Translations under genes and position numbers: made by a program
In this document: in pieces, positions 1-12,074 of the stretch
Position numbering within the stretch: the stretch's first letter is position 1
How the letters are laid out: each line of letters opens with the position of its first letter
DNA from: Amphiscolops sp. MND2022
Taxonomy: Eukaryota
Reading direction: 5' to 3'
Assembly: GCA_964187785.1 (NCBI GenBank)
Contig: OZ076409.1
Span: 8,248,001-8,312,000 of the forward strand
DNA length: 64,000 nt
The notes under the pieces: generated by a model
The model's database searches: none
What the model was told of the DNA's origin: nothing
The model's input: only the letters and a program-made list of their open reading frames with translations

Positions 1-165
1 TGTCCATCCAATTGAAGAAATCGTTGATAAGACTTAACGTTTTTATCACTTAACAATAACAAAAAGATATCGTTAATGTATCTTCAATTTTTGAACCGTC
101 CAATCTCAGACTTTCTCTTCTGTGTGAACTTCTTTGCTAGAAATTTTTTGTGAAAAAAAAACCCA

Positions 166-702
166 ATGGAATTTATTGTAGCGGCAAGTTCCGTTGTCCA
201 TGCCCTTGACACCGTAAACCCTGAAAGCCGAAAAAACTTTAACGAGAAAATTTTTTCAATTCCGGGCCTGAGGCTTAGTCCTTACACAAAAAATCCGGGA
301 CAAATAGTGCAAATTTTGCTCTCCAAAGACTTAGATGAAAAAAACGACATTGTTATTTGGCACGATGTGCTGAATAATAGCATTTCTAAACACGAGAGCA
401 ACAATTATCGAGCTTTAACAGTCCTCCAATCGTTAGAGATTTTGAAATCAATTGAAGACAAACTCCGGGCACTGGTGTACTGCCACCGATTTCCTACACC
501 GAACGTTTATCAAAACTTGAAAGATTTAGAAAAATCCACGAACAACAAAGTGTTTAAAATTGTTGAACACTTCATTTCGCCAAGGAAAAAGAAAGATCCT
601 GAGGATCTCACAACACTTAAGGCGTTACACCAGAGCACCGAAATTGAGTTAAAACACGTTAACTTTATTCTGCGCAAGGAGAGCGAGCTTGACGCTAAGT
701 AG
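166..702 (+). CDS. Accessory ORF of a putative LTR retrotransposon, SGNH/GDSL-hydrolase-like fold (178 aa)
   Basis: Intact ATG-to-stop ORF. Motif spacing resembles SGNH blocks: I FIVAASS (cf. GDS), II SIPGL, III IVIWHDVLNNS, V KALH (cf. DxxH). Lies just upstream of a purine tract and LTR-like segment. Confidence 0.5.
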   Translation: MEFIVAASSVVHALDTVNPESRKNFNEKIFSIPGLRLSPYTKNPGQIVQILLSKDLDEKNDIVIWHDVLNNSISKHESNNYRALTVLQSLEILKSIEDKLRALVYCHRFPTPNVYQNLKDLEKSTNNKVFKIVEHFISPRKKKDPEDLTTLKALHQSTEIELKHVNFILRKESELDAK

Positions 703-807
703 GACGCCATGCGGCCTAGTAAGTCCGCCCAAAGGCTATCAAGAGCGCAGCTGCCGTCTCTGCTTCGTCCTAGACCCCCTCCATCCGTCTTTACAGTACT
801 GTAGTTA

Positions 808-972
808 CGGTGTCCGGACTTCATTGTCTGGTTGAAGTTCCTACAGTAGTTAATCCGTCTTCTTGGGTTGTGTCCGGACTTAATTTTCCGGTTGATACTC
901 AGAAGTCCACTCCCCGTCTTTACTCCTGCCGTTTAGACAGTGTCCAGACTTTATTGTCTGGTTGAAGTTCTA
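808..972 (+). repeat. Three imperfect ~33-bp direct repeats spaced ~60-70 bp apart
   Basis: GTGTCCGGACTTCATTGTCTGGTTGAAGTTC-like units at ~808, ~869 and ~939. Confidence 0.75.
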
Positions 973-1030
973 TCGGCCTTCTTCAGCCCTTTGGGCATTC
1001 AGTATTGGACGAACCGTATTGGGAAGTGAA

Positions 1031-1303
1031 TGTTTTTAAATCGCTGTCTAGTCCCATGTAACTTCCTCCCGTGTCTTGTAACTACTTTTAAAAAACAAAA
1101 AATCGTAAAATTTCTCCATCGTTGCTGTTTTTGTGAGATACAGTTTCCATCAACTCCACACCGTTACCGTCGACCGACATCTTTCTTCGTTCAGCTCTGT
1201 TTAAGCTTAATTGCTTGGTTGACGCTATCGAAGAGATCATTCCTCTATCTATTCTATCTATCTTGTTTAACTCATTTCTCGCTACCTTAATTCATTTCTA
1301 ACA
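1031..1303 (+). mobile_element. Putative LTR (273 bp, TGTT...AACA)
   Basis: Preceded directly by purine-rich GGGAAGTGAA (PPT-like, 1021-1030). Has TG...CA ends with a 4-bp inverted terminus. Followed by a degenerate gag-like frame. No second copy in the window. Confidence 0.5.
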
Positions 1304-1321
1304 GAAGTTCACGACAGAAAA

Positions 1322-2045
1322 ATCAACACTAGGCAAGACAAAGTTATAAAACGTTTTGAAAGCCGTGCCAAAGCCGACACCGAGTTACAGAGGTTGCAAG
1401 AGAAAGTTTGCAAGAAAACCACATAGACTGAGGATCGACCGAGTTGAGAAGGAACAAACACTTCGCGTTGAACAGTTAGAAGAAGAAAATCGAAAGAATC
1501 TAGCTGAAGCAACACTCACCGAGCTTGAACTGACTGAAGACTTGTCGGACTCTCAATCGGAGTTTCTAGACACCGTTTCACAACTAGGCGCTTCGACTAA
1601 AGCTGACGATAATGTCTGAGTCAGAGAGTTGGTTAACAATTCACCCGTTGCTACTGCAAGTGATCCCACAAAAACTGTAATTTTGGAACCGAACGCCGTT
1701 ATCTTCGCTACTACAGCACAAAATTTAGTCAACAGAAGAGCGCCTACAACAGCACCAACACCTTGCTTCCCAGTAGTGACTCTTGTAGCCCCTCCAACCG
1801 CACCAACGACTAAGAACATGCCACTAGCTACGGGACAAGGTTCAATAGTTTACCTACCATCTACTGGCCCGGTTCAAGGTTCCCAATCGACCACAACGCC
1901 TCAGGGGACAAATGCTCCATCGGTAACTGCAATAGCATCGGCCCCTTTGGCGACCGCCACGTCATTTTCAATTTCAACAGTCACCTTTCCTAAAAGTAAT
2001 CTTCCGAACTGGTTGCCTGGTCGTTTCCGAAAGGACCAAGCATAG
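1322..2045 (+). pseudogene. Degenerate gag-like 5' ORF of an LTR retrotransposon
   Basis: Frame begins INTRQDKVIKRFESRAK, then a coiled-coil-like E/L-rich stretch (ORF 1356-1619) and a T/P/A-rich stretch (1629-2045), broken by stops and frameshifts. No CCHC or pol visible. Confidence 0.4.
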
Positions 2046-2187
2046 AGTTATTTTACGGTATGAGTTGTGTTTTTGTTGGAGGAGACTCCTTAGCACTTTT
2101 TACAGCTCAAATGTCGAAAATTTCCGCGGTTACTGTGGGGGAATTAACAGAAATATTCCGTGACTTTTAATAGAACTAAGGACAAAC

Positions 2188-2282
2188 TTTAGAACATTGA
2201 CACTCGAATGACGTACTGTTGACGTGGAGCTCAAGTTGAACGAATTTGAAAACAAAGAAGAGGATAGATATTGTATAGTTGT
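2188..2282 (-). CDS. Gene B exon 8 (phase 0 to 2), TTIQYLSSSLFSNSFNLSSTSTVRHSSVNVL(K)
   Basis: Acceptor attcag|ACA and donor AA|gtttgt. 95 nt = 31 codons + 2. Phase fits the upstream exon, and the 0-to-2 'AA|gt' layout matches exons 3 and 6. Confidence 0.55.
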
Positions 2283-2489
2283 CTGAATTGAATTATTATG
2301 AATAACGCTGTTCTGAATCAAGGCTCTCATTCAAATGAGATCTAGCTGAGAATCTCAGGCTGGACAATCGACAGTTACTTCGACACTTTAATATTTTCCG
2401 CCCACATATAATGGGGCAGGAAAATCTTGATCTGTGTTGCGTTCTTTTTCCAAGTTCTACCAAATCTCCACGATCTCGATAAACTACTT

Positions 2490-2901
2490 GGCTTATTTCT
2501 GTTCCCCCCCCCCCACTACCACCAATTTTTTTTGAAAACTTAGTGAAAATCTTGTGACAAATAGACTTGAATACAAACCAGAAAGCTTCAGTTTTTAGTT
2601 TATACTCAGGGTGATAGTTTAGGATTCAGATACAAACTTTGTTCACACTTTTTCCCTACGTAGTTACGCATTTTTGATGGAGAAATCAACAGCTTCCTGT
2701 TTTGAGTCATCAATTAACACTTGATACGATCATAATTATAGTCAAATTGTGTGAAAAATGCTTTCTTCAAGCGGAAAACCATTCTAATAAAAGTTAGCTT
2801 CCTGTTTGAAAGAAGGTTTTACTTTTAATTAGGCTAGTCTGAAGTTTTTAAGGAAAGTTATTTTTAAATATTTTGGTGGTGGGGGGGGACAGAAAAGAGC
2901 C
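2490..2901. mobile_element. Non-autonomous DNA transposon (MITE), Merlin-like, 8-bp TSD
   Basis: TIRs GGCTTATTTCTGTTCCCCCC / GGGGGGACAGAAAAGAGCC. TSD AACTACTT (2482-2489) / AACTACCT (2902-2909). GG-initiated TIR plus 8-bp TSD is typical of Merlin/IS1016. Confidence 0.75.
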
Positions 2902-3081
2902 AACTACCTGCTTATTTTTATAGTTACTTGACTATTGTTGACTCATACTCGCTCCAGTATGACGTATGCTCAGAATCTCATTCCCGCATACGCTCATTCT
3001 AGTAAATTCGGCATAGTGACGCATTTAGTCACTAGTTTACAACTAATATGTTTAACACTTTCACACATCTACCACACATAC

Positions 3082-3328
3082 TTTATCCACAGTTTCCTTG
3101 AACGATATGGAGCCCTTGGTATCGCGTCGTTGCATCACGTTCTGCCCGTTATTGCGCAACACTGGGGCGGGGCCGACATCGCTTCTGCTTCTGAGAGTGG
3201 TGGCCGCAGTGGCACTCTCAGATATTTCTTCAGAGGGAACCCCCCTGGCGAGTAGCTCTGCGTGACGCATGTCCATGTAAGTGTCATGATGGTGTTTCTT
3301 CTTCGAGGCAAATTCGTCGCAAGATTGG
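3082..3328 (-). CDS. Gene B exon 7 (phase 2 to 0): second inhibitor-2-like helix (DEFASKKKHHHDTYMDMRHAELLA) plus RVxF-like KGSISF
   Basis: Acceptor tttttttcag|C CAA TCT and donor GAT AAA|gtatgt. 247 nt = 1 + 82 codons. Visibly homologous to exon 4. Confidence 0.75.
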
Positions 3329-3382
3329 CTGAAAAAAATCAGGTCCTTTTTTTCCTGCTCCATTTTTCCATTTTGGAACCAA

Positions 3383-3778
3383 CCCCATAACCCCCACAAC
3401 CACCACCATTAATTTTTTTGGAGAATCAGTGAAAATATTACCACCATAAAAAAGACTAAAAACCGCACCAAAAATTTTTAACTTTAAATTTTCCTTTTCA
3501 GGGTGGCAGTTTGGGATCTAAATAGAAACTTTGTTCACACTATTTTCCCTATGAAGTGACCAATTGTTTATTGGGAAATAAACAGCTTCCTGTTTTGAGT
3601 CACAAAAACTGTCAATTTGAACATAATTACAGTGCAAGTGTTTGAAAAAATGTTTTGTTCAAGCAAAAAACTATTGCAGTAGAAGTTAATTTCCTGTTAT
3701 AGACAAAGATTCCTCTTCTCATGAGGCCAGTTTGAATCAGTTTTTGAAATTTTCCATTGAAAAAATTAGACGTTGGGG
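3383..3778. mobile_element. Degenerate copy of the Merlin-like MITE, right end interrupted by an LTR
   Basis: Internal similarity to 2490-2901 (TCAGGGTGGCAGTTTGGGATC, AAACTTTGTTCACAC, AACAGCTTCCTGTTTTGAGTCA). Ends in GGGG directly before TGTAACG. Confidence 0.6.
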
Positions 3779-4890
3779 TGTAACGTCAGGCAAAAGACGT
3801 TGCAGAAGTTTTTGAAAATTTCGATCAAAAATTCGAAATGTGCGACATCAAACAAGCACATTCAAGATGGCCGACCCGGCAGGTACGAAAACCGTAGAGG
3901 AAGCAAAATAAAGGCAAAACACCACCAGAAGACCCCCCACCACCCAGGAACGAGAATGTCCGAGATGTCATCACCCAGAAGGCGTGAGAATCAGGAATTC
4001 TGCCATCTGACAGCAAAAAGACAGGGTTTTGGCAGAAAAGTGCCAAATGAGACCATTGTGCCCCGAAGATGAGGAATGATGCCAGAGGCAGGAAGCCGAT
4101 GATCGCCACCGAAATGTAACTGTATACTTTATTGGGGCCTATCCCCACCTGTTTTGACTGTTTATAGCGTATTTGGATAATGTTTGACCTACTAGGTCCT
4201 CATTTTAGTCCTTATTCACTCATATAATGTATTTCAGTTAGACACCTTTTTGGACCTCGGAGGTATGTAGGAGATAGCAGGAACGCATTAGGAACCTAGG
4301 ATACGTTTTTACAGGCTTGTGGGGCGTGTCCGGACTTTGAGAGTGCCGGCGCGTCGCTTCGGAGCTCTAACTAGAGAAGCCTCCTTAGACGTTAGAAAAG
4401 TCCCCCTTGGAGACCATTTTGGGATCAATAGCCGGTCGTTACATCTGGAATAGTTTTTATGGCGACCACAGAGGGATATTTTTCATATTGCGTACAGGTA
4501 GGAGCAACTTCCGCTTTCCGGCCCCGGAGGGTACAGATCTAGGAAACATTTTGGAGAGTCCTAGATTATTTTTATTGCCTTAATCAAGCCTTTTAGGCTT
4601 TCTTCTAGCTGAATTCCTGCGTTTCCTGCATGTTTCCGAGGTCTGGAAAGAGAAATAACTGATTTACGGCAAAGTACCGTTTTGACACCGTTTCTGCTTA
4701 CCGAGATTAACCATCCGGCTTAACCGGATTCTGTTTTAAAGGGTTTTGTAGTCTCATTTCAGCTTAGTTGTAATGTATTGGGACTGCAGGGACGTGATGT
4801 GAGCGCCTCCACTAGCTGTGACGATGGTGCGACGTCCTTCACGACAACACCCTCTTGACCCACTGGTGGACCACTACGAATCGGCTGGGT
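3779..4890 (+). mobile_element. 5' LTR (3779-4443) plus PBS-like site and leader of a truncated LTR retrotransposon
   Basis: Inverted termini TGTAACG...CGTTACA. TGGCGACCA PBS-like motif at 4460. No gag/pol retained downstream. Confidence 0.5.
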
Positions 4891-5039
4891 TACAATCTCC
4901 TTTTTTGTTTTTGTGGCTTTAAAAGCCTATTCCCAAGCGTACTCCCATTAGTAAGAACTGAGAAAAATACCCACTGGGTATTCCGATTGTTTTCTGAAAA
5001 AATATAGCGAGCTAGCCATAACACCCTATATAGCTCTAA

Positions 5040-5710
5040 TTTCGATTTGGTTACTTTTAGAAGTCGAAATTTTTCAGAAGATAGTACGACCAATGGGAAT
5101 ACAATAAAAACGTTCCATTAACCTATCAGGTCGGGAACAGAAAAATTTGTTTAGCTAAACTGTGAAAAACACCGAAAACTTTAGCGATTTTTGTTTGAAA
5201 ACGTCAACTTTGAACATTGAGACGAAAAATGGCGAGGGCGAAGCCCTGTTCGTTTTTCTCAGAGCAATGCGAGCCACCTAAAATTCTTTTTCCCGAGCCA
5301 GATATCACAAAACGTTATCGTCAAGCAGTTTTTTGAGGCCCTCCAACGAAATATTGAATAAGTTACCAGCCAATTTTCATTTTAATACAATAGCCATTTA
5401 TCGGTCATCATTAGTTACAAAAGCCAAAATTTTTCAGAAGAGGGTACGGCCAGTGGCAATACAATAAAAATGTTCCACTAGACCTATCAGGCTAGGAACA
5501 AAACTTTTTAACCCGCTGGTTTACTTGAAAACAAAAAAAATAAGCGATTTTTTTGTGAAGACCCAAAATTGGCCTAACAGACCAAATGTGGTGAGGGCGA
5601 AGCCTTGAGCGTTTGTTCCAAAGCTTTCAGAGCTGCTCAAAAACATTGTTCCCGAGCTTGGTGGTACAAAACACTACTGCCAAATAATTTTTTACCCTTC
5701 CCCAATATAA
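5040..5710 (+). repeat. Diverged ~360-bp direct duplication within an unclassified repeat region
   Basis: AATTTTTCAGAAGA...ATACAATAAAAA...CCTATCAGG...GAGGGCGAAGCC...TTCCCGAGC occurs at ~5068-5300 and again at ~5428-5660. Confidence 0.65.
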
Positions 5711-8202
5711 ATTGATAGTTTAACCTTTGACTTTCTATTGTTATACATAGACCTGAGTAGAGGACCCCATAGACCTGAGAGTTATAACATCAAAACTAAT
5801 AATTGAAACAATCCCAGTCCCGTGAATAAAATTATTACACCTTATTACGTTACGTTTAGAACTATCTCGAAAATCTGGGAACCGAGAAAAGAAAAGTTGC
5901 TAGGGAAAATACGTATTTTTCACATTGTTCGCAGAATGTAAAAGGTGTAACTTGAGAATTTTTTGAGAGACCTTATTTGGAACCTACCAGGTTTCGCTTG
6001 CCTATTTTCTGTTATTATAGAGTGCAACGTCACAAACGCAGAAAACCGCGAGTGATTCCAACCAGTGGCTGTTGAGAAATAGCTGAAAACGCGTTATTTT
6101 TGCGACATTTTGGGAACCATGTAGTAGTGCTTCCAGCACAGGTCGAAATCTCTCCTAGTAGGAGCAGCCTCAAACGGATTGCACCAGTGTGTAGACCATA
6201 AAAAGTTACGTTAGTGGTGTAATTTTCGTAGCGCTAGCATTACTAGTGATTGAGAAATCTTAGCCGCAGTTTTGCTCAAAAATCGTGTGAAAATGTCGAA
6301 AAATTGGAATTTTAGTTGAGCATAGTGCAATACCTCGCAGGTGTCCCAACACTAAAATTCTTGCATTTTCGTGCGCACGGCACTGGATCACGACGATTTG
6401 TGCAGTTTGAGCAGCCGGCTACTAGCCAAAGCTGAGAAATTGACATTTTTGCGATTTTTGACCCGAAAAAGTGGTACCTCTGGTACATCAAGGTTTTGTC
6501 ACTTCATATCGCCAGATGTTGATCAAGGCACCTCGCCCCTCTGTTTTTCTGTTACGTAGGCAAAAGTTACGCTCGCATGCAAAATTTCAGGTGGCTGGGA
6601 CGCCTCGAAGGCGAGTTTGACCACTTTTTGTGAATTCCACGACATAGTCAATTTTTCAGTGAATATTGTTAAGTGGCCGTGACACCCACAGGGTCAATTT
6701 TGACGCAATCGGAGGTTCATTCCCCACGATTCAACCAGTGTATTAGACGGTGTGAAATTTTCAGGTCGCTAGCAGCGCTACAAGTGATTTTCACCTTCCC
6801 CGGAGGTGCATGTTGACGAAAAAATTGTTGATTTTGAGCATTTTTGCAAAAAATCACATAGTTTTTCTCAGTGTACGTGCCAGTGAGGGCCAAGACGACC
6901 CAATTAGCATACCGATCGCCCTCAGGACGTCTTCTTGAATTACTTTGATTAGTGCTAAGCTGACCCTAAGATGTCGGGTCTCTGAGAAAACGCGTCTACG
7001 AGACATCGAGGAGAAAAACCGAAAATGGAAATTCGCTTCCTGACTGCTATCAAAGTCACCCAAGTGCAATCTATCCATTGCGAACATGCATGCGCGACGC
7101 TTTCTGTACCCTGTGGGTGCAAGAGCACGTTTTTAGGCACTTTTAGAGGTTCAGACTTTGAACGCAGTGCGTCTCAAAACAGAACAACAAGTACACTGGT
7201 GACTGCCATAGTGGAAAAAGAACGCTTTTTCTGATCGTACTACGATCGTAAGGCAAGAAAGCACTTCAAACTCAGTGTCTCTCCTCCTACTCACCCCAAG
7301 GTCTACCGGTAGTCTCTAATCACATTTTTGTTATTACTTGTGCCCTCCAGAAACAGGGCAGCATGAGTGACAAACGGACATTTCAGACAATCTAACATCT
7401 GTAGCCAAGCAGACTTCTCAAAAAATCAGTGTTCGTTGCTCGATTCATGCCTATGGCGTACTTTGGTGCTCGATACCACAGTTGCGTGAACCATGTCGAT
7501 GTGAAAACACCGGACCAGAGATTGGCCCGGGGAGTACCCGTACTCTCCCGAGAGAAATTAACACTAAGCATGATGAAACACCTAGAGCTTCGAAGCTCTA
7601 AGAATTGCTTGGCCTGCGGCCGTGCTTTTAGAACTCGAATGATTGCTCTGGAACTTGTTTTTAATGCCGAAGACTGTTTTCATGATCTATCGTGCCTGAT
7701 TTTTGACTTTTATTGGTCCTGCTCTATCATCGCTAGTGACATTGTCATCCTCTTGAAAAGTAGTTTGTTTCCATCTCTTGCATATACACTGCTGCTTGTA
7801 CTACCTAGACAATAACTTTAACTGAGCGTACACAGCTGACACAATAGATTGAATAGTTCCTCACTTTTGGTGATCTTTTTGATTTTTTGAGGCCTGTTTC
7901 ACCATTAGTGCTAGTTATTGTGCAGTTTCTGTTGGCCATGAACTACGACACTTTTGCAAGACCACAGCTGTTACTTTCATTTTTCGCTTTTCAAGTGCTA
8001 TCGTGCATTTTGTAAACCTAACCTATCAGGTGGGCCCCTGGCCAGTGCCAAACCTGTTGTGATGAGTGCTTTTTATGCAGATGCAATAAGGTGCTAAAAA
8101 TTTTGAAATTTTGGTGCGAAATTAAAAGTTTGAAATTGTTTTGAATATAAAGCTAAGTGTCTAAAGTTGCTAATATTTTTCCAGTGCAAGAACCCGTTGT
8201 TG

Positions 8203-8402
8203 NNNNNNNNNNNNNNNNNNNNNNNNNNNNNNNNNNNNNNNNNNNNNNNNNNNNNNNNNNNNNNNNNNNNNNNNNNNNNNNNNNNNNNNNNNNNNNNNNN
8301 NNNNNNNNNNNNNNNNNNNNNNNNNNNNNNNNNNNNNNNNNNNNNNNNNNNNNNNNNNNNNNNNNNNNNNNNNNNNNNNNNNNNNNNNNNNNNNNNNNNN
8401 NN
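8203..8402. other. Assembly gap (200 N)
   Basis: Run of n characters. Confidence 1.
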
Positions 8403-8570
8403 AACAAAAAGAACAATTTATCTGCGCTTTCAGAGAATCTTGTAAAAAATCTCATCTCAGCCATGTCATTGAAACGACATGACCCACCAGAATGGCATGC
8501 GTTCTTCACAAAAAACCTGTGTCGGCCCTTTTCTGTTAAAAACACCCTAAATCCCTGTGTTTAAACCGAA

Positions 8571-9151
8571 AATAGGAATTTATGTGCGGCCAAGGAGCCC
8601 GCTTAGGTCTTCTTCTTTTTGACCCGCTCGAATCCCAGTCATACGATTTTGATGAAATTGCACAAACTAAACCCTTATATGGTGAGGAAAGACTCCTTAA
8701 AAATTTTTACAAACCGTGTAGAGTATTTGAGAAAATCGAAAAAGTCCAAAAATGGCGGTTTTTTGGTCATTTTGGGGCTAATTTTGGCTATGTTTCTCAC
8801 ATCCCAGCCATACGAATTTAATGAAATTGCACATATAGGACCGAAATTTGGTGTAGAATGAATGTAGAAAATTTCGTTCGAATTGTATGGACAGTTTTTG
8901 AGAAAATAGAAAATGACGAAAATGGCTGTTTTTGGCCATTTTTGGGCTAATTTTGACTGTGTCTCACATCCCAGTCATACGATTTTGATGCCATTGCGTA
9001 CGCAGGGGCCCCTTTGGGTGTAGAATAACTGCGCAAAACTTTATGAAAATCATATGGCCAGTCTTTTAGGAATTCAAATTTCATTGAAAGGTCGGTTGAA
9101 AAAAAGGGACGAATGCATAAGTAGTCGAATTTTTTTTCCGACTCCTAAAAA
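8571..9151 (-). mobile_element. Helentron-associated non-autonomous element (HINE), family 2
   Basis: Reverse complement of 11378-11805 over shared blocks (CATCCCAGTCATACGATTTTGATG; GCATAAGTAGTCGAATTTTTTTTCCGACTCCTAAAAA). Confidence 0.65.
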
Positions 9152-9314
9152 CTTTCGAAAACTCTTTTGTGGTCGGGTGGGGGCAGAAAAGAACTTCTTT
9201 GTGTTTCATGCAGTCAAAAAAATTAACAGTAACAACAGGAAAAAATCTTCTTGTGATTTACTGTGAATTAAAAAAAAACTATTTTGAATTACTCAAACTC
9301 GTAGGTTGACTCAC

Positions 9315-9391
9315 TTCATATTCTGACTCATACTGTCGGAAATGACAATCTCGGAAGTTCGCAGGTCCACTCCTTCTTCGTTTATTTCAAT
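9315..9391 (-). CDS. Gene B exon 6 (phase 0 to 2), IEINEEGVDLRTSEIVISDSMSQNM(N)
   Basis: Acceptor ttgttgcag|ATT and donor AA|gtgagt. 77 nt = 25 codons + 2. Parallels exon 3. Confidence 0.75.
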
Positions 9392-9568
9392 CTGCAACAA
9401 TTTAGTTGAATTCAAATTAACCTATACTTTCTATGTCAAAAGAATCCTTCAAAATTCACTGTCTAGTCTAGTACATTGTTAGGCCGTTGCAAAGTGTTCA
9501 TAAAATATGGAATACAACTGACCACAGTTGACAAAGAATGCATATTTTTTGACATTTTTGGAAGTATG

Positions 9569-10036
9569 AACAAGCCGGGAACGGCCCAAGTCGGCGCCAT
9601 ATCTAAGGCCGACAAATTGTGAAATTTGGGGAAAAATCGGTAATGCTATACGAGAAAAGAAAACGTTATATCCGAACTTTGCAAACGTTATACCCGAACT
9701 TTGAGAACACTATATTCGAACTTTGTAAACGTTACGTCCGAACTTTGAAAATCTTACATCCGAACATTGAAACAGTTTTATCCCAACTTTGAAACGGAAC
9801 ATCCTAACTTTGAAAACGCGTTATATCCGAACTTTGAAAACGTTACGTCCGAACTTTAACTTTGAAAACGTTACATATGAACTTCTAAACATTATATCCG
9901 AACTAAAATATATCGGCTAAAAAGTTGAACATATGAAACGAAAAGGACCATTCAGTGTGAACTGAAAAATTTTAAAAAAACTACCTTCTGTAATAGTCGG
10001 GCTTTTTTCCTTGAGGGAAAAGGCGCCGACTAAAAA
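9569..10036 (-). mobile_element. HINE/DINE-1-like element, family 1, carrying a ~22-bp minisatellite (~9658-9905)
   Basis: AACAAGCCGGGAACGGC hairpin end, subterminal IR AGTCGGCGC/GCGCCGACT, other end TAGTCGG...CCGACTAAAAA. About 11 copies of AAACGTTATATCCGAACTTTG. Confidence 0.75.
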
Positions 10037-10824
10037 ATACTTCAAATATTTCAGTAGCCTCCAATTTTAGGTGCAATGTGTTTTTCGGTGAAAATGGTCC
10101 CTGTGACGCATTAGAAGTTCCGGAAACGCTGAAACTTGATCATAGAGTTGTCATCCCAGTGTATTGTCGAGTCCGCACGGCTTAATTGTTATGCTGATCT
10201 TGAAACGTGTTACCGATTAAACTAATAAATACTTTTGTTCAGCTAGTTCAAAGGGGAAGTAAAAATTTTGTCGCCAGAAATTTTGTCGTACTGGCAAATC
10301 CAGAACTTTTGTCCCCGGAGATATCGTGGTCAGAAAATTTGTCGTATTTTAATTATTCGATTATTAGAATGAAATCTTGAGATTAAGTTTCATTTTCACA
10401 CCAAAATGAAGTTAAAAAGGTAATTGCAGCAAATCAGCTCATCAAGACGCTTATTGAGCAATAGGATATTTTTAGTCCTGAAACATTTTCCCAACCAACT
10501 TTAGAACATTGTTTGAATTGAACAAAACAAAAAGTTTGAATATGCGTAAAAATAATACGTTGAAATTTCTGTAACCATTGAAGATCTTCTATGCATAGTT
10601 AAATTTTTGCCAGTGATTGCGAATCGTTTTGTTATCTCAAAACCACTGCAAATTAGTCAATGATATTAAATATTGCACAATTAACGCTAAATGGTACGAT
10701 AAGTAAACTCAATATTAACAGACGATTCCTAAAAGATAAGCTAAAATGCGACAGCATTTTATAGAACGCAATTACCGACTACGAAAATTCAGACTGTGAC
10801 ATATCACGACGAAATTTCTAACAA

Positions 10825-11115
10825 AACCAGAACCGCGTGTGTGGTGAAGGAGTCGGAAACAGTTTAAGATATTGAAAAATAAATTACGTACTTTAATGTC
10901 ATTGGACTAATTTTCGCAATGTTTCTCAGATCCAAATCATACGATTTTGATGCCATTACGCTCGCAGGGGCACCTATAGGTGTAGAATGACTGTGCAAAA
11001 TTTTATGAAAATCGTATGGACAGTTGTTGGGAAAATTGACATTTTCATTGACAGGTCGGTAGAAAGAGAAGGTACCAGTGCATAAGTAGTCGAAACTTTT
11101 TACAACTCATAAAAA
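10825..11115 (-). mobile_element. Degenerate HINE family 2 copy
   Basis: AACCAGAACCGCGTGTGTGGTGAAGGAGTCGG start. Internal and terminal blocks are shared with 8571-9151. Confidence 0.55.
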
Positions 11116-11377
11116 AATCCATAGAGTGGGTTTTTGCACGACGTAAGAAAAAAATTGCTTGATAAAATTTCGCCCCATAAAGTGAAGCGTTGAATGTAAA
11201 TAGTGAACAGAAAGTAGAAAAAAGCGGAATCTCAGCAACAAGCAGCGCCCCGTGCAAAGTTCCAAAAACTCGTCGCAAATCTTCTTTGAGATTCAGAAAC
11301 GGAAACATCAATGGTATCAAAAGGGAGACAAAAAAGATCCTACGGACCTAGGAGACTTCCAAAGGGAGGAAGGACCC

Positions 11378-11805
11378 TTTTTAGGAGTCGGAAAAAATTT
11401 TCGACTACTTATGCAATCGTGTCGTTTTTTTCTCCCGACCTTTCAAAATAATTTCAAACTTCTCAAAAACTGTCCGTACGATTTCCATAAAATTTTCCAC
11501 AGTTTTTCTTCACCCAAAGGAGCCCCTGCGTATGACTACACCCAAGCCATCAAAATCGTATGACTGGAATGTGAGAAACATAGCCAAAATTATCCCAAAA
11601 ATGGCCCCAAAAAAGCCAATTTTCGACTTTTTTAGATTTTCTCAGAAACTGTCCATGCGATTCGAACGAAACTTTCTACAGTCATTCTACACCATATTAT
11701 GGTCCTTTGTGTGCAATTTCATGAAATTCGTATGACTAGGATTGGAGCGAGTCAGAAGGAGAAAGGCCTAAGCCGACTCCTTTACCGCATATGCGGCTCT
11801 GGTTT
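11378..11805 (+). mobile_element. HINE family 2, full length
   Basis: TTTTT-AGGAGTCGG...TTCGACT 5' hairpin, 3' subTIR CCGACTCCT, stem-loop CCGCATATGCGG, terminal CTCTGGTTT. No TSD; T-rich junctions. Confidence 0.75.
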
Positions 11806-12015
11806 CGCTTCTAGTTTCGTGACGAGAGGAAAATACCAAGTTAGCTTTAGATTCTTTCCAGAATTCTCACACTAGGCCAAACTTAATGAAACGAAAACGG
11901 ACACTTTATATTGGAACTACTTTATAGATAGTTGAGCTATTTAACTCGAAAAATTATTCAAATATTTATTGAATTAAAGGTTTCAAAGAAACTTCTAAAG
12001 AAATTCAGAACTTAC

Positions 12016-12074
12016 TTTTGATCGTAGTTCTTTGAAACCGACAAGAGATGGTCTCCGAGGTAAATGTGCAGCTT
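12016..12074 (-). CDS. Gene B exon 5 (phase 1 to 0), (E)AAHLPRRPSLVGFKELRSK
   Basis: Acceptor tttttggtttacag|AA and canonical donor AAA|gtaagt. 59 nt = 2 + 19 codons. Bridges exons 4 and 6 in phase. Confidence 0.75.

Noticed and set aside
808..972. CRISPR-like repeat-spacer pattern or hammerhead ribozyme
   Set aside because: Only three degenerate repeats with related linkers, and no CTGAnGA/GAAA core in the proper arrangement.
8153..8564. ORFs spanning the N run
   Set aside because: Artefacts of translating the assembly gap.
9658..9905. CRISPR-like array
   Set aside because: Head-to-tail ~22-bp minisatellite with no unique spacers, inside a HINE in eukaryotic DNA, with no cas genes.
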